Source of the DNA: a virus
Lineage: Duplodnaviria; Caudoviricetes
IMG/VR virus record: IMGVR_UViG_3300021341_000078
Span: 1-63,627 of that record
Length of the DNA stretch: 63,627 nucleotides
Reading direction: 5' to 3' (one strand)
In this document: piece by piece, positions 9,456-22,898 of the stretch
Layout of the letters: each line of letters opens with the position of its first letter
How positions within the stretch are numbered: the first letter of the stretch is position 1
Position numbers and translations under genes: made by a program
The notes under the pieces: model-generated
Database searches by the model: none
What the model was told of the DNA's origin: nothing
The model's input: the letters and a program-made list of their open reading frames with translations, nothing else

Positions 9456-10500
9456 CCATCATATACTGGATAACTGGAGCGTAGTCTTTCAACTCCTGCT
9501 CGCTAGGCTCTCTAGTAGAGAGAATGGCTTTAGAGATCTGGAACTTCATTCTAGCAGAATACACATACTTAGCGTCTTTCTTATCTATCATAGCATACCT
9601 AGTAAACAAAGCTCGTAGATCCTCATACCTTACATAGAAGAATCCATTGTCGTACGCCTTTGGTCAGTAAGAGTTCATACACTTTATTAGCTGTGTATCG
9701 TCATCGTAACCAACAATAACAAACATGTGCCCACTTCACTTACTAACTTGAGCCACATATTCTGGATGGTTGCGTGTTGCGCTCCGAGAGATCTTATTTG
9801 TCCCTGTAATCACGGTTCTTCATTGAGCCAAAGCAGATTTAAGAGACGTTAAGTCGTTTACCCTGGTATATCATGCACAGATGCCTTTTGTTACGAGAAA
9901 CTTAACTTGATCCTGTAACCAACTACCATCTGTAATAGGGTTTACTCACTTTAGGTAATACTCTTGTTTGTATGCCTCTACGAAATCGTTCCAGTGTTTA
10001 TGTCAGTATAAGAAAGTAGAGCTTCATTCTATAGCGTTCATTATATTACCTGCGTGTGCTCCAGAGAAAGAACCGCAAGCATTACTAGTACTAGGAGTTC
10101 TTTTAACTCATTGGTTTTGTGGAGTCGTCTTAGGTCACAAGTCTACCTTCTTAGGTAGCTTCTGTTCTGATCAAAATAATAGTTCATGTGGTCGATCTCT
10201 ATCGTCTGGCTGGTCGTATGCAGCGTCTTGTTCCTCTCAGGCTAGCTCCTCTCCACTATCTTTTTTTTTTGATTTGGTCATCTCGTGGAATCCTACCGCT
10301 CAAGAACCTACTGCTATACCGTTAGCTATTCTTTGTTCAAGGTCTCACTCTCAAGTGAAGAACCCATAAACCAGACCGAGCAACAATGAAAGGAAGGGTA
10401 AAACTGACTTGTATCTGTCAGGTATCAAAGGCTTTATAATGTCGATAAATCATTTCACAATAGCTGCACCAGCTACTCCTACTGTTAGTTGTGTCTCCAT
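9436..10500 (-). CDS. Holin fused in frame to papain-like C1 cysteine peptidase (candidate endolysin); recoded
   Basis: With UGA=Gly: hydrophobic holin-like N-term ending GSGAVGFHEMTK; then QNQG...ACGSFS, GHMFVIVGYDD, NSYG...NGFFY catalytic motifs; internal ATG at 10281. Confidence 0.8.
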
Positions 10501-10521
10501 AGATATAGGTAGATTGTAAAA

Positions 10522-10770
10522 CTATCTTAACACTAGCGCAAGTACTGCTGTAACCACTCACGCTATCACTATTCAGATTAACCATTTAATAGCGTATTCA
10601 TAGTCTTTACTTGCGTACTTTTTATCTGCTGACTCTATGAAAGAATCGAGCTTATTTTCTAGGGTCACAAAATTATGTTTTACGTCCTTCTCTATTTTAT
10701 CTAACTGTCACTCGATGTATTCCATCTTTGTTTCCAGCTTAACGATTGATAAACTACTCTTCTCTGTCAT
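10522..10770 (-). CDS. XhlA-like membrane lysis protein; recoded
   Basis: Coiled coil followed by KWLIGIVIAGVVTAVLALVL C-terminal TM (G from TGA). Confidence 0.6.
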
Positions 10771-10909
10771 CTGTATAAAGATTTGTCTTAATTATAAAAA
10801 GAATAAACTGAGAATTTTTTCTCATAGCACTTTCTGAGAAAGCACGTCTAGTAGCATCATAAATATTCGCACCGCAATAATTAGTTTTGAGAACCAATTC
10901 ATGTGTAGA

Positions 10910-11326
10910 TTATGATAAACACTTTTGTTTGAACAGCTTTTTTATTTTAGTAGGGAACTTATACCAGTACCACCAACCTCACAACGTAACACCTAGCCGC
11001 ATCGCATAAGCTTTTACCTTGTTTGTTCAGGAAGCTATCAGAGCCTCTCTGAATATCAGATTACTCATAGGAAGTCACAGATCCCTATAGTCTGTGAACA
11101 TCCAATCATGTAAACAAGCAGCGTTGATTGTGCGTGGCTCTACTCTCTGTATGAACATTCCGAACACCATAGGAACAGAACCTCAGTCGAACTCGTATCA
11201 CTCTGGCACTTCTACGCGCTCACCTTTCATGCTATCAGAAAGATACCAGATCAGAGGCTTGGTAGTAACTCGCTTGTTCTTCTTAGGAAGAGGAGTGATA
11301 GAGGTATAAGAAGTAAATTTTGACAT
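10910..11326 (-). CDS. DUF1353-family protein; recoded
   Basis: VPEGYEFDGGSVP...AACLHDWMF with two TGA at Gly positions. Confidence 0.8.
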
Positions 11327-11335
11327 TTTTTATTG

Positions 11336-11608
11336 TTAATCGATGTAAATCTCTCATCAGACAGCAACGATAGCATCTTGTACTGGCTGAGTGAGCTTCG
11401 CTTGCACCAAAAGATTATCCATTTCTATATTCTCAATATAAGTGAAACCATCTTCACTAGTGTACTTATCGAAGTTGTCAGTCAAACGAATAAGCTCGTC
11501 TACCAGCTGGTAGAAAGCGCCTCATTCTAGTACCGTAGTGTACGGTAGCTTTACTGTCGCCATCTGTGGTGGGGACTCTGGAGCCTCAGTAATTACTACT
11601 TCTCTCAT
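11336..11608 (-). CDS. Hypothetical protein; recoded
   Basis: Open from ATG to TAA with TGA read as Gly. Confidence 0.55.
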
Positions 11609-11612
11609 TATG

Positions 11613-12506
11613 CTAGTTTATAGTGTAAAGTATGGTTCGCGTGAAACCAAGTAGGTAAAGATTACTAGAACCGTTACTTGTTGTTCTTCTAATAAGTGGT
11701 GCTATTTTCTGTCATTTGTTCACCGTAATGTCTGCAATATCATCCCAAACGCCGCTATCTACCGTGTCCAAATGAGCCTTATTGTAAATTCATGCGCCTG
11801 TGATGGTATATTGTGCCTCTGGTCATACCAAAGCGTTAGAGACACTAGTTCAACTAGTACTAGTCTGTCTTACAAATTGAACCTTAAAACTCACATCTAT
11901 ATTTTTATCATAGTTCCAAGACAAGAACACCTTCTTGATAGTCAAATCGTAAGGCGCTGTTCGTCCAGCAAACTTATAGTTAGGATTGGGCTGTGTACTT
12001 GTTCAGTAGTTTGTAGATAGATCGTAGAAGATGCCTCTACTACTGTTAGGTCATTGCCATCTACCATTCCTGAGAGTAGCACGTCAACCTGCTGTGAAAG
12101 TATACTCAGTTTCATCTACTGAGTCTATGTCTTGGTTGTCGTCATCTACATCGTATAAGTGTGCTTTCTTGTAACTCATCGTAGGACGTGAATCATCTGC
12201 GTCTTTTTCTGCTTGAGTACCCACTGTAACAGTATCTAATCATAGGTCGGTTAGTCTAGCGTTCACAGCAGTCTCTACGTCCGTACTTGTAGCCTCCTCA
12301 AATCACCACTCGCTAGCTTCCTTCTTTATAAGCTCTTTTATAACTGGCACGTCTCAAGACTCTATCTTGATGTAGCTATGTCAGTCGTTGTCTTGATACC
12401 AGATCTCAGACAACACTAATCATGTGTACCTCCTCATGAGAGCGTCTATGTCTGGGTTGATCTCCTGAGATCCAGTTACTCGCAGCTTCTTATATTTCAA
12501 ATACAT
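11613..12506 (-). CDS. Hypothetical tail-associated protein; recoded
   Basis: 297-aa frame open apart from TGA. Confidence 0.6.
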
Positions 12507-12526
12507 CTTCTATACTCAAAATAAAA

Positions 12527-14266
12527 CTAGTTATATGGCTTACCGTTACCTTGTGCGTAGATTGCTCTCACCTCACATTGAGTAAGCGCCTTTCAGTTGT
12601 ATAGAATGGTGTCATCTATATTCCCATCAAGAGGCGCTCAAGGGTTTGCAGAACCAGATCATCTATATCCCAGTCAAAGGTTTGCTGTAGGGTTATCTAT
12701 TCAAAGCCCAGTTGTAGGGTCATCTATAAAATCACCTCAGTCTATAGAGATTCTCACACGACTATTTCCAGAATCATGAACCGCAGCTACCATATGGAAC
12801 TGTCAAAGTGTAACAGATCATGCAGCAGTGTCTACAAACTCTACTCATCCTGCTGTGGTTCTTATCAAGAATCTTGTCTTGTTTCATGCAGAACTATCAA
12901 ACAGTACCGCCCAAGCAGCGTCTGCAAAAGATGTTGAGTTCTCTTGCGCAAAAATATACTGCTGGATATGACCAGTAGCAGTACTGTCTATCTTAAACCA
13001 AGTAACAACACTGAACGTGTTCACGTCGGTAGTGAATCAGCTATAAGAAACACGATCAGTTGAGCCATTATAGCTATAAGAAGCTGAACCTAGCTTGAAG
13101 TTTACAGTATCGTGTGTCGCTCAACTTATCGTAGCGTCGTTTCCGTTCCCTGTAGCGTCTGGATAGCTACCGTTTGTGTCAGCTTTCCAATATATCGTAG
13201 GTGTTGATACTGTATTTGCTCACAGAGTGAAAGATTGCGTAGCAACACCTATATCATAACTATAACAAGTACCCTCAGCACTAGTCATGTAAGAAGCTAC
13301 GTATAGAGTCTGAGGCGCAGTAACTAAATCAGTAAGTGTTGTTCGCATGATGTACTGACTAAGGTTTACTTCTGTTTGTGAGTAAGCACCCACTGCTCCA
13401 GCTCCTAGACTTACTACCGCCGCTCACGCTGTGGCTGTTGTAGGGTTAGTACTTGTAGCTACTACAAAACCATGATCTGTAATACCAGAACTGTTATCGG
13501 CTACGATAGTACCTGTTAGGTCTGCACAAGCTAGGTTTATGTTACTAGGAGCGTCTAGGGTGAAGTCGAATAGAGGTAGTAGTGTGAATGATAGATTATC
13601 TGAGTATCAGTAACCATTTACATTACGACCAAAAGACCTCACATGTAGAGTTTGCGAAGTACATTGTGAGAACTGACTAAGGTCAATAGTCGTTTGTGTG
13701 AAGTTAGCATTACCTGTGTTACCTTCTATCTCAAGTTTTACATTGGTATCTCAAACACTAGGACTTTCTACCTGACCTATTACCCAACCTCTTTCTATTA
13801 CAGCACTACCGTTATTATTGGTTATATCTCCATCGAATACTGCGTTGTGTCAGGTGATACTAGATACAGCAACATCACCAGCGTTTAATTCTGGTGTAGA
13901 AGGGTGTAGTATCTCTACTTCGTCTGAGTAAGCATATGTAGCACCTCCGTCGTTAGTTGCATAAGCCCTATACCTCCAAGTTTCACCATCATCGATCTGT
14001 CAGCTAGTAATTGTCTGTATGTACGGAGAATCTCCAACCGCACCTGTATAAACAACTTGTGTTACATCAGCATCTCATATTGAGAGGTTAGAACCTGAAG
14101 TATCTTGATACCTAATAATACCCTGCTCAGTAATTGCAGCACCTCAATTATCGATTATGATAGCAGTAAACTTACCTCATCTACCATATGACTCATTTAC
14201 TGTTAGAGTTCACATAGTAGGAGGATTAATAATTCCTCAAGGCTGTACAAATGATAAACTTGGCAT
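12527..14266 (-). CDS. Receptor-binding/tail protein with FN3-like repeats and C-terminal LamG/ConA-like domain; recoded
   Basis: IDNGGAAITEQGI...YRAYATNDGG; C-term LDGNIDDTILYNGKALTQCEVRAIY. Confidence 0.75.
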
Positions 14267-14994
14267 TAGTACGTGTAAGTGAATAAAGAAATTGAAGCTC
14301 AGATACTATTCTCTGGACTACTATTGATTCTGATTGCAAAGTTGAAAGGCAAAGATTGTGTTACGTTGATAGTTTGATTTACTAGCGAACTAGTCCCTTG
14401 TGGTAGAGTGAAGGTGTACAGACTCGTAAACGTTCCTGAGTTAGTTCCTAATTCTATAACCACATCTCCCTGTCATAGAACCCTGCTATCTCATTTAAGA
14501 TAGATAGTACCTGTTTCGATAACTAATTGAGTCTTTCCTGACTCCTGTGCCACAGTAATAAACCTTTCTGATTCAGCTAGCGCTGAGTTACCAAAGTCAG
14601 GCATGACAGCTCAACTATTTAAAGCTCATCACTCAATAGTTATCTGGCTTTCTTCTCTCTTTGGTCAGTTCCCATCTACATACGTAGCATAAACTGTTGT
14701 CCCTACCTTTCTTAATAGAAGTATAGTCACCGAGTTAGGTGTAGGATTAACAGCGCCTTCTGTAACGTAAGATCAAGGAGGTGTGAATGTTCTTGCTCCA
14801 GTAGCGTCCTGTACTAGGATAATCTCTAGGTGATAGCTTTCTAGCCAGTTAGTGATACTTGTGAGTGTACTATCCGCGCTTAGACTTAGAAAGAATTGAC
14901 GATTATCCTTAGCGTTGATACTAAAAGATCAAGCAGTAAGCGTGCTGTATGCTCCATATATAGGGTGCGAGGGTGTTCTTGAGATTATAGTCAT
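14266..14994 (-). CDS. Tail fibre-associated protein; recoded
   Basis: IILVQDATGART motif; frame open with TGA=Gly. Confidence 0.6.
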
Positions 14995-15060
14995 TGCCTA
15001 CTAGCGAAATAAAACCATTATTACTAGGAGAGACATCGCCTCCCCTAGGATATAATAATT

Positions 15061-16479
15061 CTACAATACTTTGTAGATAAGAACTCTCAGTTGATCTGTT
15101 GTTGAACTTGTTACTTGGATAGTATTCACACCATTTCTCACCACATCAGTTATAACCTCTGCTCCTGTAGCAACATCTACTACATTCACAATTACATCTA
15201 GTGTGTTAAGGTTGTGTGTGATAGTTTGAGCGACTGAAGCTGTAGGTGTCCAAGTCTCAGCATACCCATATCCAGCAAGCAAGTTATCAATACTTACTTT
15301 TCTGTTTGCTGTTGCAGAAGCATCGTATACAGCAACGAAGTCGTTAGTACCATCTAGTGTCGTTTCTGCTGTCAGTTCATCGATGTTAAGCGTCAATGTA
15401 ACTGTGTCAGTAGCAGCTACAGCAGTAGTAATACCTTCACCACCTGTTACTGTAAGTGTGTCTCCTAGAGTGATAGTCTCAGTACCTGTATCACCTGCAA
15501 GTGTGAACGTACCAGCAGACCATTGTGGAGCAGTTGCACCAGCATTAACTGTTAGCACTTGTCCAGCTGTACCTATAGCAAGTGTCTGCATATCTGTTCC
15601 GTCTGAGTATACAATATCTCAAGCGTTCAGGGCACCTGAATCCCAATCTATTGTAAACGTATCTCCAGCCAAAGTAACAGTTAGAAGGTCACCACCATTT
15701 ATAGTAAGAGTCTCTCCGTCTAGAATACTTCCTGTGCCTGTGTTACCAGCAGTATTTATAGAAAAAGAAGAGTTGTAAAGAGCATCTGGGTTTACTTTTC
15801 TGATAGCTCCAGCAGAAGCGTCATAGAAAGGGATGAAGTCGTTTGTTCCATCAACAGTTAGCTCGCTTGTAAGGCTATTGATGTCTAGAGTTACAGTAAC
15901 CGTATCAGTTGCGCCTGCTGCTGTTGTGATACCAACACCACCAGCAACAGTAAGTGTATCACCGCTGGTGATCGTCTCAGAACCTGTATCTCCAGCGAAG
16001 TTATAAGTAGCTAGTCCTGCTTGGCTAAACTGTGTAAACGTCAATGCTGTAGTTCCTACAGTGATAGTTCCTGAAGTAGTCAATACAAAACCACCTCCAC
16101 CGTTTGTTGTACCTTCCTCTACGAATGTGAACAATCCAGATGTTACATCTGCATCTACATCCGCGTCGATAGCTCTTGTAGGAGCACCTGTAGCGTTTAC
16201 GGTATAGATACCATTCTCACTTCCTGTTGCTTGATCCTTAATCAAGATTCTATCACCTGTAGCAAGCGTTACGCCGTCTACTGTGTCTCCGTTCTCGAAG
16301 TCAGAAGCTAGTGTTCCTGCTGCTGTCGTAGTAACTCTTACTGAATCCTTAATGTCTAAAGCTTGCTTTACCGCGTCTACATAAGCTTTTGTAGCTGCGT
16401 CTTGTGCGTTAACTGGATCTAACAAGTTAATTATCTTGTTAGAGTTCATGTCCAATTCTTGTAATACTGGTCTTGCCAT
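15061..16479 (-). CDS. Tail fibre/virion structural protein (two track ORFs joined); recoded
   Basis: Fragments in the same frame; TGA at 15619-15621 gives A-G-DIVYSDGT...LAIGTAGQVL; DAATKAYVD and GDRILIKDQ...ENGIY motifs; internal AGDTG-ETIT repeats. Confidence 0.85.
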
Positions 16480-16518
16480 GTGTATAAGTGGAATATAAAA
16501 TATGTGTTTGCGTGGGGT

Positions 16519-16917
16519 TTACCCTATGACTATTACTAATACAGTAACGGTCAAGCTAGATATGAGTATTATAGAGTTGGTGTTTGCTGTGTTTCTATCC
16601 TCATCTACAAACACCTCCTCTCATGTAGCAGTATCGTAAACATTAACTACTACATCATTGGTTGTTAGGTTATGTGTTATTGTTTGTGGCGTATTTGCTG
16701 TTAGTGTTACTGTCTCAGTATACTTATTCAGAGGATTCGTAGTTCAAACAGTCCTTCTAAAGTTGCTAGGATACTCAGTAAGCAAATGCTCTGCTTCCTC
16801 TCTTGTTAGATCATAAGTATCACCTATCGATGAGTAGGTAACTTCTATGTCTCAATTACTAAGTCTGTACTTTACCGTTCCTGTTCATAGGGGAGATATG
16901 TATTCTACTAAGACCAT
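16519..16917 (-). CDS. Small virion protein sharing a domain with the 15061 gene C-terminus; recoded
   Basis: QTITHNLTTNDVVVNVYDTATGEEV vs QTITHNLNTLDVIVNVVDVATGAEV. Confidence 0.7.
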
Positions 16918-16998
16918 TTGTCCACTTGAGATATAAAATGTTGTTTATTTCACTTTTGCTTCAGTAGATATACGGGTTTTCGCGCCAGTAACCGTGGA

Positions 16999-19900
16999 CT
17001 ACACAATAGGCACTTCTGCTAAGAAGCTGTAACCTAATGCCGCACCTCAGTTCATTGCAAACCAAGTACTACCGACTGGTTCCATAGTGTTCTCACCATC
17101 TGCGATATACATCATAAGATTATTTGCATCTTGTGCATGCACAGTTCATGGGTTGCGCTCTACTCCGCTCAAGTGTGCTTGTGCTGATCCAAGAACAGTT
17201 GGTAAAGCTCCCCCATCTCCTACAGTCCATACCGTAGAAGTATCAATGCTAAACCCTGTTGGAAGTGGGAACAAGTAATTACCACTACCTATCGAACCTG
17301 CCGTACTTTGATTGTAAGTATATCTTATAAACAATGACTTCCCTACGACCTTGTAGTAAGCAGTGTCGGTCACAACAGTTCCTTTTATAGGTGATGTAGT
17401 AGCTCCTCCAATAGTCAGTGGTCAGTATGACGTTCGTTCTATGTATGGTACGTCTGTAGTATTTATGACTGTTTTTTGTGGTTTGATACCATAAACTTTC
17501 ACATCTACTGCCGTAACTTCTGTACCTGTCATGAACATTTCAAGCGTATTACCTGCAATATCCATGTTTGTAGCAATAGTCAGAGTAGTTGTGAAATTAT
17601 CAATCCAAGGTACACGAGAACCGTCAGCTCGATTTTCAGTACTAGTTTTCGCAGTACTACGCACAACCAAAGATCATGATGTAGTAATTAGCTCAAACTC
17701 AACAGACTCGTAATTATTTACAAGATTACCCCACGTATCAGAAATAGTAAGTGTTTGACCGTTCGTAAGACCTGTTCCAGATCATAATAAGACTTTATTG
17801 TCATCAACTGAAAGAGCCTCTGGCATCACTACTGTTGATGTAGGTTGTTGTGCCACATCTAATATAATTATATAGTCCTCAGACGTTCTATTCTGGTCTG
17901 CACGTATGAAGAACTCCAGTTCGTCTCACACAACAAGATTGAGAACCTCAAAACCATTCAGCTCTCCATCGATTTCATTTGTGTCCGTTTCTTGACCTAT
18001 AACCACGAATGTTCCTCAGTTCAATGAATATCATATTTCCGAAGGAAAAGCATCCTGGTTATTTGCTCAACTTTCGTTCACCTGAGAGTGATTTGCTTGC
18101 ATATGAATACTATACAATCCACTCTTTTTTACTGTCAGAGTACTGCCTGTACGTATAGTATTAGAGTCATACTCTCTTGCTACTTGATCTACTCAATCTA
18201 CTAGATCAGAGAGGTCTATTCATAGTGGAGTAGTTCAAGAGAATGTCATATCTGCTGATACTCATCTAGTAAAGAATCTATCCAAACTTTGTGGTGTAAC
18301 CATTCCAGCAAGCGACTTTTCTTCATAGGTGTCAACAATAGTATATAGCTGATATGCTCTATTATCTGGACGCGTTTCAACACTTCATCATACAATACTA
18401 TGGCTATGGTTTCCTGATGAGCTTGTTGTGCCGTTTGTGCTGCCGTGATGTGCTTGTACTCCAGTAAAGTCGTTTGCTGCTTGTCTTGTTCAACTGTGTG
18501 TATTAAATGTATGCGTATGTGCTCAAGCAGTACTTGTGCTCATACCGTTAGGAGCTGTTGCATCCGCTTGGAATACTCATTCAGTAGATGCATTTCATCA
18601 AAGGTTACGAAGGAACATACCTTCAACATCTGAACCGAATACGATATCATTACCAACAATAAATTCAGGATACATAGCCGCCCATACAGGATAATCTATA
18701 GCTCCGTTTGTTACTGTTCAAGGCGTAACAGCTAGGTATCATTCTACGGTAGATCAGGATTTAGCATAGAAAAACTCTCAAACACGAGAGCTTACTTGAC
18801 CTACTCAAGATCAAACCTGATTAATAACCCAACCTCATGCAACTTCATCCGCTCTGAACTGTGCTCATACACTATAGTTAGAGAACAAGAAAGAACCGTC
18901 TAAGACCCCATTTAAAGTTTCACCTGACTGTACCGCTAGTGTAGCCGTGTTTGCAACGTCAATGTTTGTGAATAGTCTAACTCCTCACAGATTGGTAGAA
19001 GCATCTAGAGTCTCTAAGAATATTCATGCACTAGCATCTACCTTTGTAGCCTCTAGACTTGCTCCACTCTCTAAAGTATCTAGCGAAAGAACAAGACTAG
19101 ATGATCATACTCTCACAAACTCCAATACTCTGTAGACAACAGCACCAGTGCTAGGAGTCAGTGCTACTGTTCATAGTGCTATGTTATCCGTTTTCAAATA
19201 CTCTCCGCCAAATACAATATTCCTAGCTGCTGTATCTGTATTAGAAATTACAACTCTTACTTTTTCACCATGCTCTAAGTTTGAAGTAGATGAGTTATTG
19301 AAGTTTATGTCTCCTGTAGATGTGTTATCGAAGATGAGAACAAAGTCTACGTTCTGATCGAAGTCAGGAGTTATATCTACTCATGTAGAAACCGTAGCAG
19401 AAAAAGAAGGTGTGTCAATATTACTAATTTGTGACCAGTTTGCTGCATCCGTAGAAAAGGCGGTACTAGAAGTGTGTGCGTTTATACATTTATATATTCT
19501 GTTACTCTCAGTAATTACATCTCACAATACATAATCTATACTTCCACCCCGATTAGGCAATGCGTTAGCCACATTTGGTGTAGTTCTTTTGATCGTAAGG
19601 TTATTCTTTGAGAGAGTAGCGGTGTCTGTACCGTCTGTAATAGATACAAAGTCTTTATTGATCTGGCTAGTCTCTGTTCCGTTCGTGAAGCTAGCCTCAC
19701 TTGAGTCTATAGTTGTAGTATTTGTACCGTTACTTATAGAAGCAGTAGTCTTACCATAGTTTGCTGTATTTGTACCGTCACTAAATCAAGAAGTTGTTAC
19801 GCTGTCTGTCTTTGTGTCTGTACCATCAGTCATGCTAATTTGACCAGCGTTTGTATAGCTTACATTGTTGCTAGCCATATCGTGTGTCCTTGCTCCTGTC

Positions 19901-20475
19901 AGTGTTAGATCTGTATCAGCAAAGTTCTGTACAGAAAGGTCAAGACTCTCAAACTCTGCGATCTTGTTCCAAGCTGCTCCATCGTATACATACAATGCAG
20001 CACCTGCGTCAACTGTAGCGTCTGCACTAGCGTCAGTAACATACGCCTGATCCCCAGGGCTTAGACCTGTAAGAGCGTTTCTTGCTGCTATATCAGCGAC
20101 CACTTCTGTGCTAGCTGTTCCTAGTGTTCAGAGAGCTGTATCAATACCAGCCAAATGACCTTCTACTGTGGCTCCAGTTGGAGTGTAATTTGTAGCAACT
20201 GCCGCAGCCGTCACTTCTCAACCGTCATAATCTCCTGATTGTGCAGTAACTGCTCCAGTTCTACCAAAAACACTATCTACTCCTCCTACAGCAGCTTCTA
20301 CGGGTCACGTATAATATCTAAAGTGTTCCGAGTAAGTAGAGATAAGACCTTCGGATTCTTGATCTGTAAGATCATATATCTCTCATAGTGAGTTAAAAGT
20401 TAGATCTTGCGCCTGTGTACGGTTCAAGATAAATGTAGTTCAGGGTACTGCATTGAAATACTCGATTAATACCAT
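16999..20475 (-). CDS. Long tail fibre (~1158 aa) with tail-collar-like domain; recoded
   Basis: Three track fragments share one frame; VDSVFGRTGAV, GMFLRNLGG...ETRPDNRAY collar motifs; frame spot-checked, not every codon. Confidence 0.75.
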
Positions 20476-20533
20476 TTAGATTAGTTAGTTCTAAAACCTA
20501 GCGTGGGTTTTTTGAACTAGCGTGGGTATTTGT

Positions 20534-20692
20534 TTATTCTACTTCTACAAACTCTCAGTCTTTATATTCTAGTGTCCCACTTTTCCATCACTCATATTGT
20601 TCTTCAGTCAACTCTATTTGCGTTCACTCATCTGAACTCAGATCGTGCGAACAAACACTTACTAGAACTCATCACTCAATTAGTCAATACAT
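20534..20692 (-). CDS. Small tail fibre chaperone-like protein; recoded
   Basis: 52 aa ...IELTEEQYEGWKSGTLEYKDGEFVEVE. Confidence 0.55.
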
Positions 20693-20702
20693 TTGCTTAT
20701 AG

Positions 20703-21791
20703 TTACGAAATTAAAACCAGTCTATAGAAGACCGCGTTAACTGCTCCTCCAGTCCGAGTTATAGTAATATCAGTATCAGAAACAGCCGTCACTTCTCACT
20801 CAAAATGTCAGGTTATTGTCCCATCAGTAGAGATCAGCTTTGCGCCAAATCAGAAACTCGTAGATACAGAGTAGTCGTGCAGCCTTAATCAATCCTGTGT
20901 GGTAGATATTGAGTTTATATAATATCATGTTCATCACTTATCTGCGAGATCATGGTAGTATGAGTGTATCAGTTTAGGCGGTTTTCAAAGATTATGAGCT
21001 ATCACTTCAGTTCCAGAGCTACCTCTTGCTCAGCTAATTTCCTCAACGTCAGATCAGTAAAGATCCTTTCCATCCTTTACTCACAGCGCCTTTGTGTTAT
21101 CCACTGCTGCTGTAGCTTCAACTGTAGTAGCAATAGTAGCTGGTGAAACGCCGCTAATCTGTGTACCTGCTGGGAAGTTAGGAGCGTTAGTGACGTTCAA
21201 ATCGGTGATATTCGCGGTAGCAATAGTCGCCGCGTTCGTAACACTAAGATCATTAGTTGTTGTGGTTCCTGAAACGGTTAGATCTCCTGTTATAGAGATA
21301 TTGCCTGTATATGTACTCAAGTCTATCTGGCTTCCACTAACCTTAGCTATATTTCTCACGTCTGTTACTGTTCCTACACCGTCTACCTCATACAGAGCTA
21401 TATAGTTTGTATTAGTAGGGTAGGCTGCTTCACTCTTCACAGAGGAGACACTTAGTCCTGTAGCGTCAGTAATTAGAGCTGAATTATTCACCAGACTCTC
21501 ATCTACCTCGATGAAAATCTTTCTGTTGTTAGCTACACTAACAGTCTCGTCCGTAGAAAGCTGAACTAAACACAAAAAGTCCCTACTAGTAAAAGGAGCG
21601 ACGTTTGATGTTCTTGTGCATTTTACAACAGCTGTACCAGCTGAGAGTGTAGTTCAAGTAAGCACTAGATCAGTGCCTGTAAAAGATAACACTGCTGATT
21701 GGTTACCTATCAAATATCTACCTAGAGCAGTGTAATCGTAGTCATGGTGTTGTGTAGACGCTGCGTCTATAAGTCTTGTAACTACTGCCAT
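20703..21791 (-). CDS. Baseplate/tail tip protein; recoded
   Basis: Contains track ORF 21081-21575 in frame; ends ITITW(CGG)TGG. Confidence 0.7.
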
Positions 21792-21848
21792 ACTTTTGTT
21801 AGTGATGAATTAAATACTATATAGTCCTAGCTCACGAAAAATCAAGAG

Positions 21849-22898
21849 CTATAATTGCAAATATTCTAAGTCTTTCTGTATGTCGTTAATAATGGTGATT
21901 TCGTCCCTTTCCCTCACGTTCACATCGCTCACAAATATATCTACCTTCTTTCCAGCTTTATCATAGACGACATTCCTCTTCACCACCGTAACACTAGTGT
22001 CTATGTCCATTATATCTATCGTGTTACTCACTGAGAGCCTGATTATATCTCACTTACTGGCTTCTATGGAGTTCGTTTCCACCTCTACCTGATAGACTCT
22101 CTGTCTTGTGTTCAAAGTATTGAGTGCTTGCTGTGTCTTTGTTACTAGATCTCCGTTTCTAAACCTCTTTATCTCTACTCCGTACACCACTCAATCACTA
22201 AGATCTGAATGTGTTGTCTTGTTTCCGTCTCTATCTATTCCTATCACTATGTTCGCTCTCTTTGCCTCAGAGACTACTTTAATGTTTCTGATATTGTTGT
22301 TGCTTGGGAACCTTCAGTTAAACAGTATTTCCTCGAAACTCGATCCAAATGTCCTATCTGTACCCAGTGAACCAAGGAATCTGACCTGTCAATCGATAAT
22401 GTCCCACACTCAACCAGTCTCTTCAGCTATTTCATTCAAAATATCGTAGTAGTTGTCTCAAGTAGTGAGATCTAGATCTATACTATTAGTAAGGTTAGTG
22501 GTAACAGACCAATTCTCTCAATAACTCGTGTTATAGTCAGAAACAAGGTCATTTATGATGTTTTCTACCGTTGAAGACGTAAAACTCTTGTCTGAGAGCA
22601 CTCTTCTACGTAGAAACAGGGCTTTTTGAGACCTTCAGACCACTTTTATTAGCCCCAATTTGTCGAAAGAGGGCTGAATTTGGTATACATATCAGCTAAA
22701 TACTAGCGTATCTAGACCGTTTTGCACGTCAAATATCTCCAGTTTTGTGTCCTCAAGTATCCCTTCTTCATAGCTAATATCGAACTCACACACATCAAAT
22801 TCATTCAAGTCCTCTCTAATCGTAACTAATGACTGCACATACACCTGTGCAACCACGTTGGAATTGAAGATTCAGTCGTAGAATTTGGCTATAATCAT
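21849..22898 (-). CDS. Siphovirus minor tail (Tal-position) protein; recoded
   Basis: Position after Dit; in frame with track fragment 21849-22031. Confidence 0.7.
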
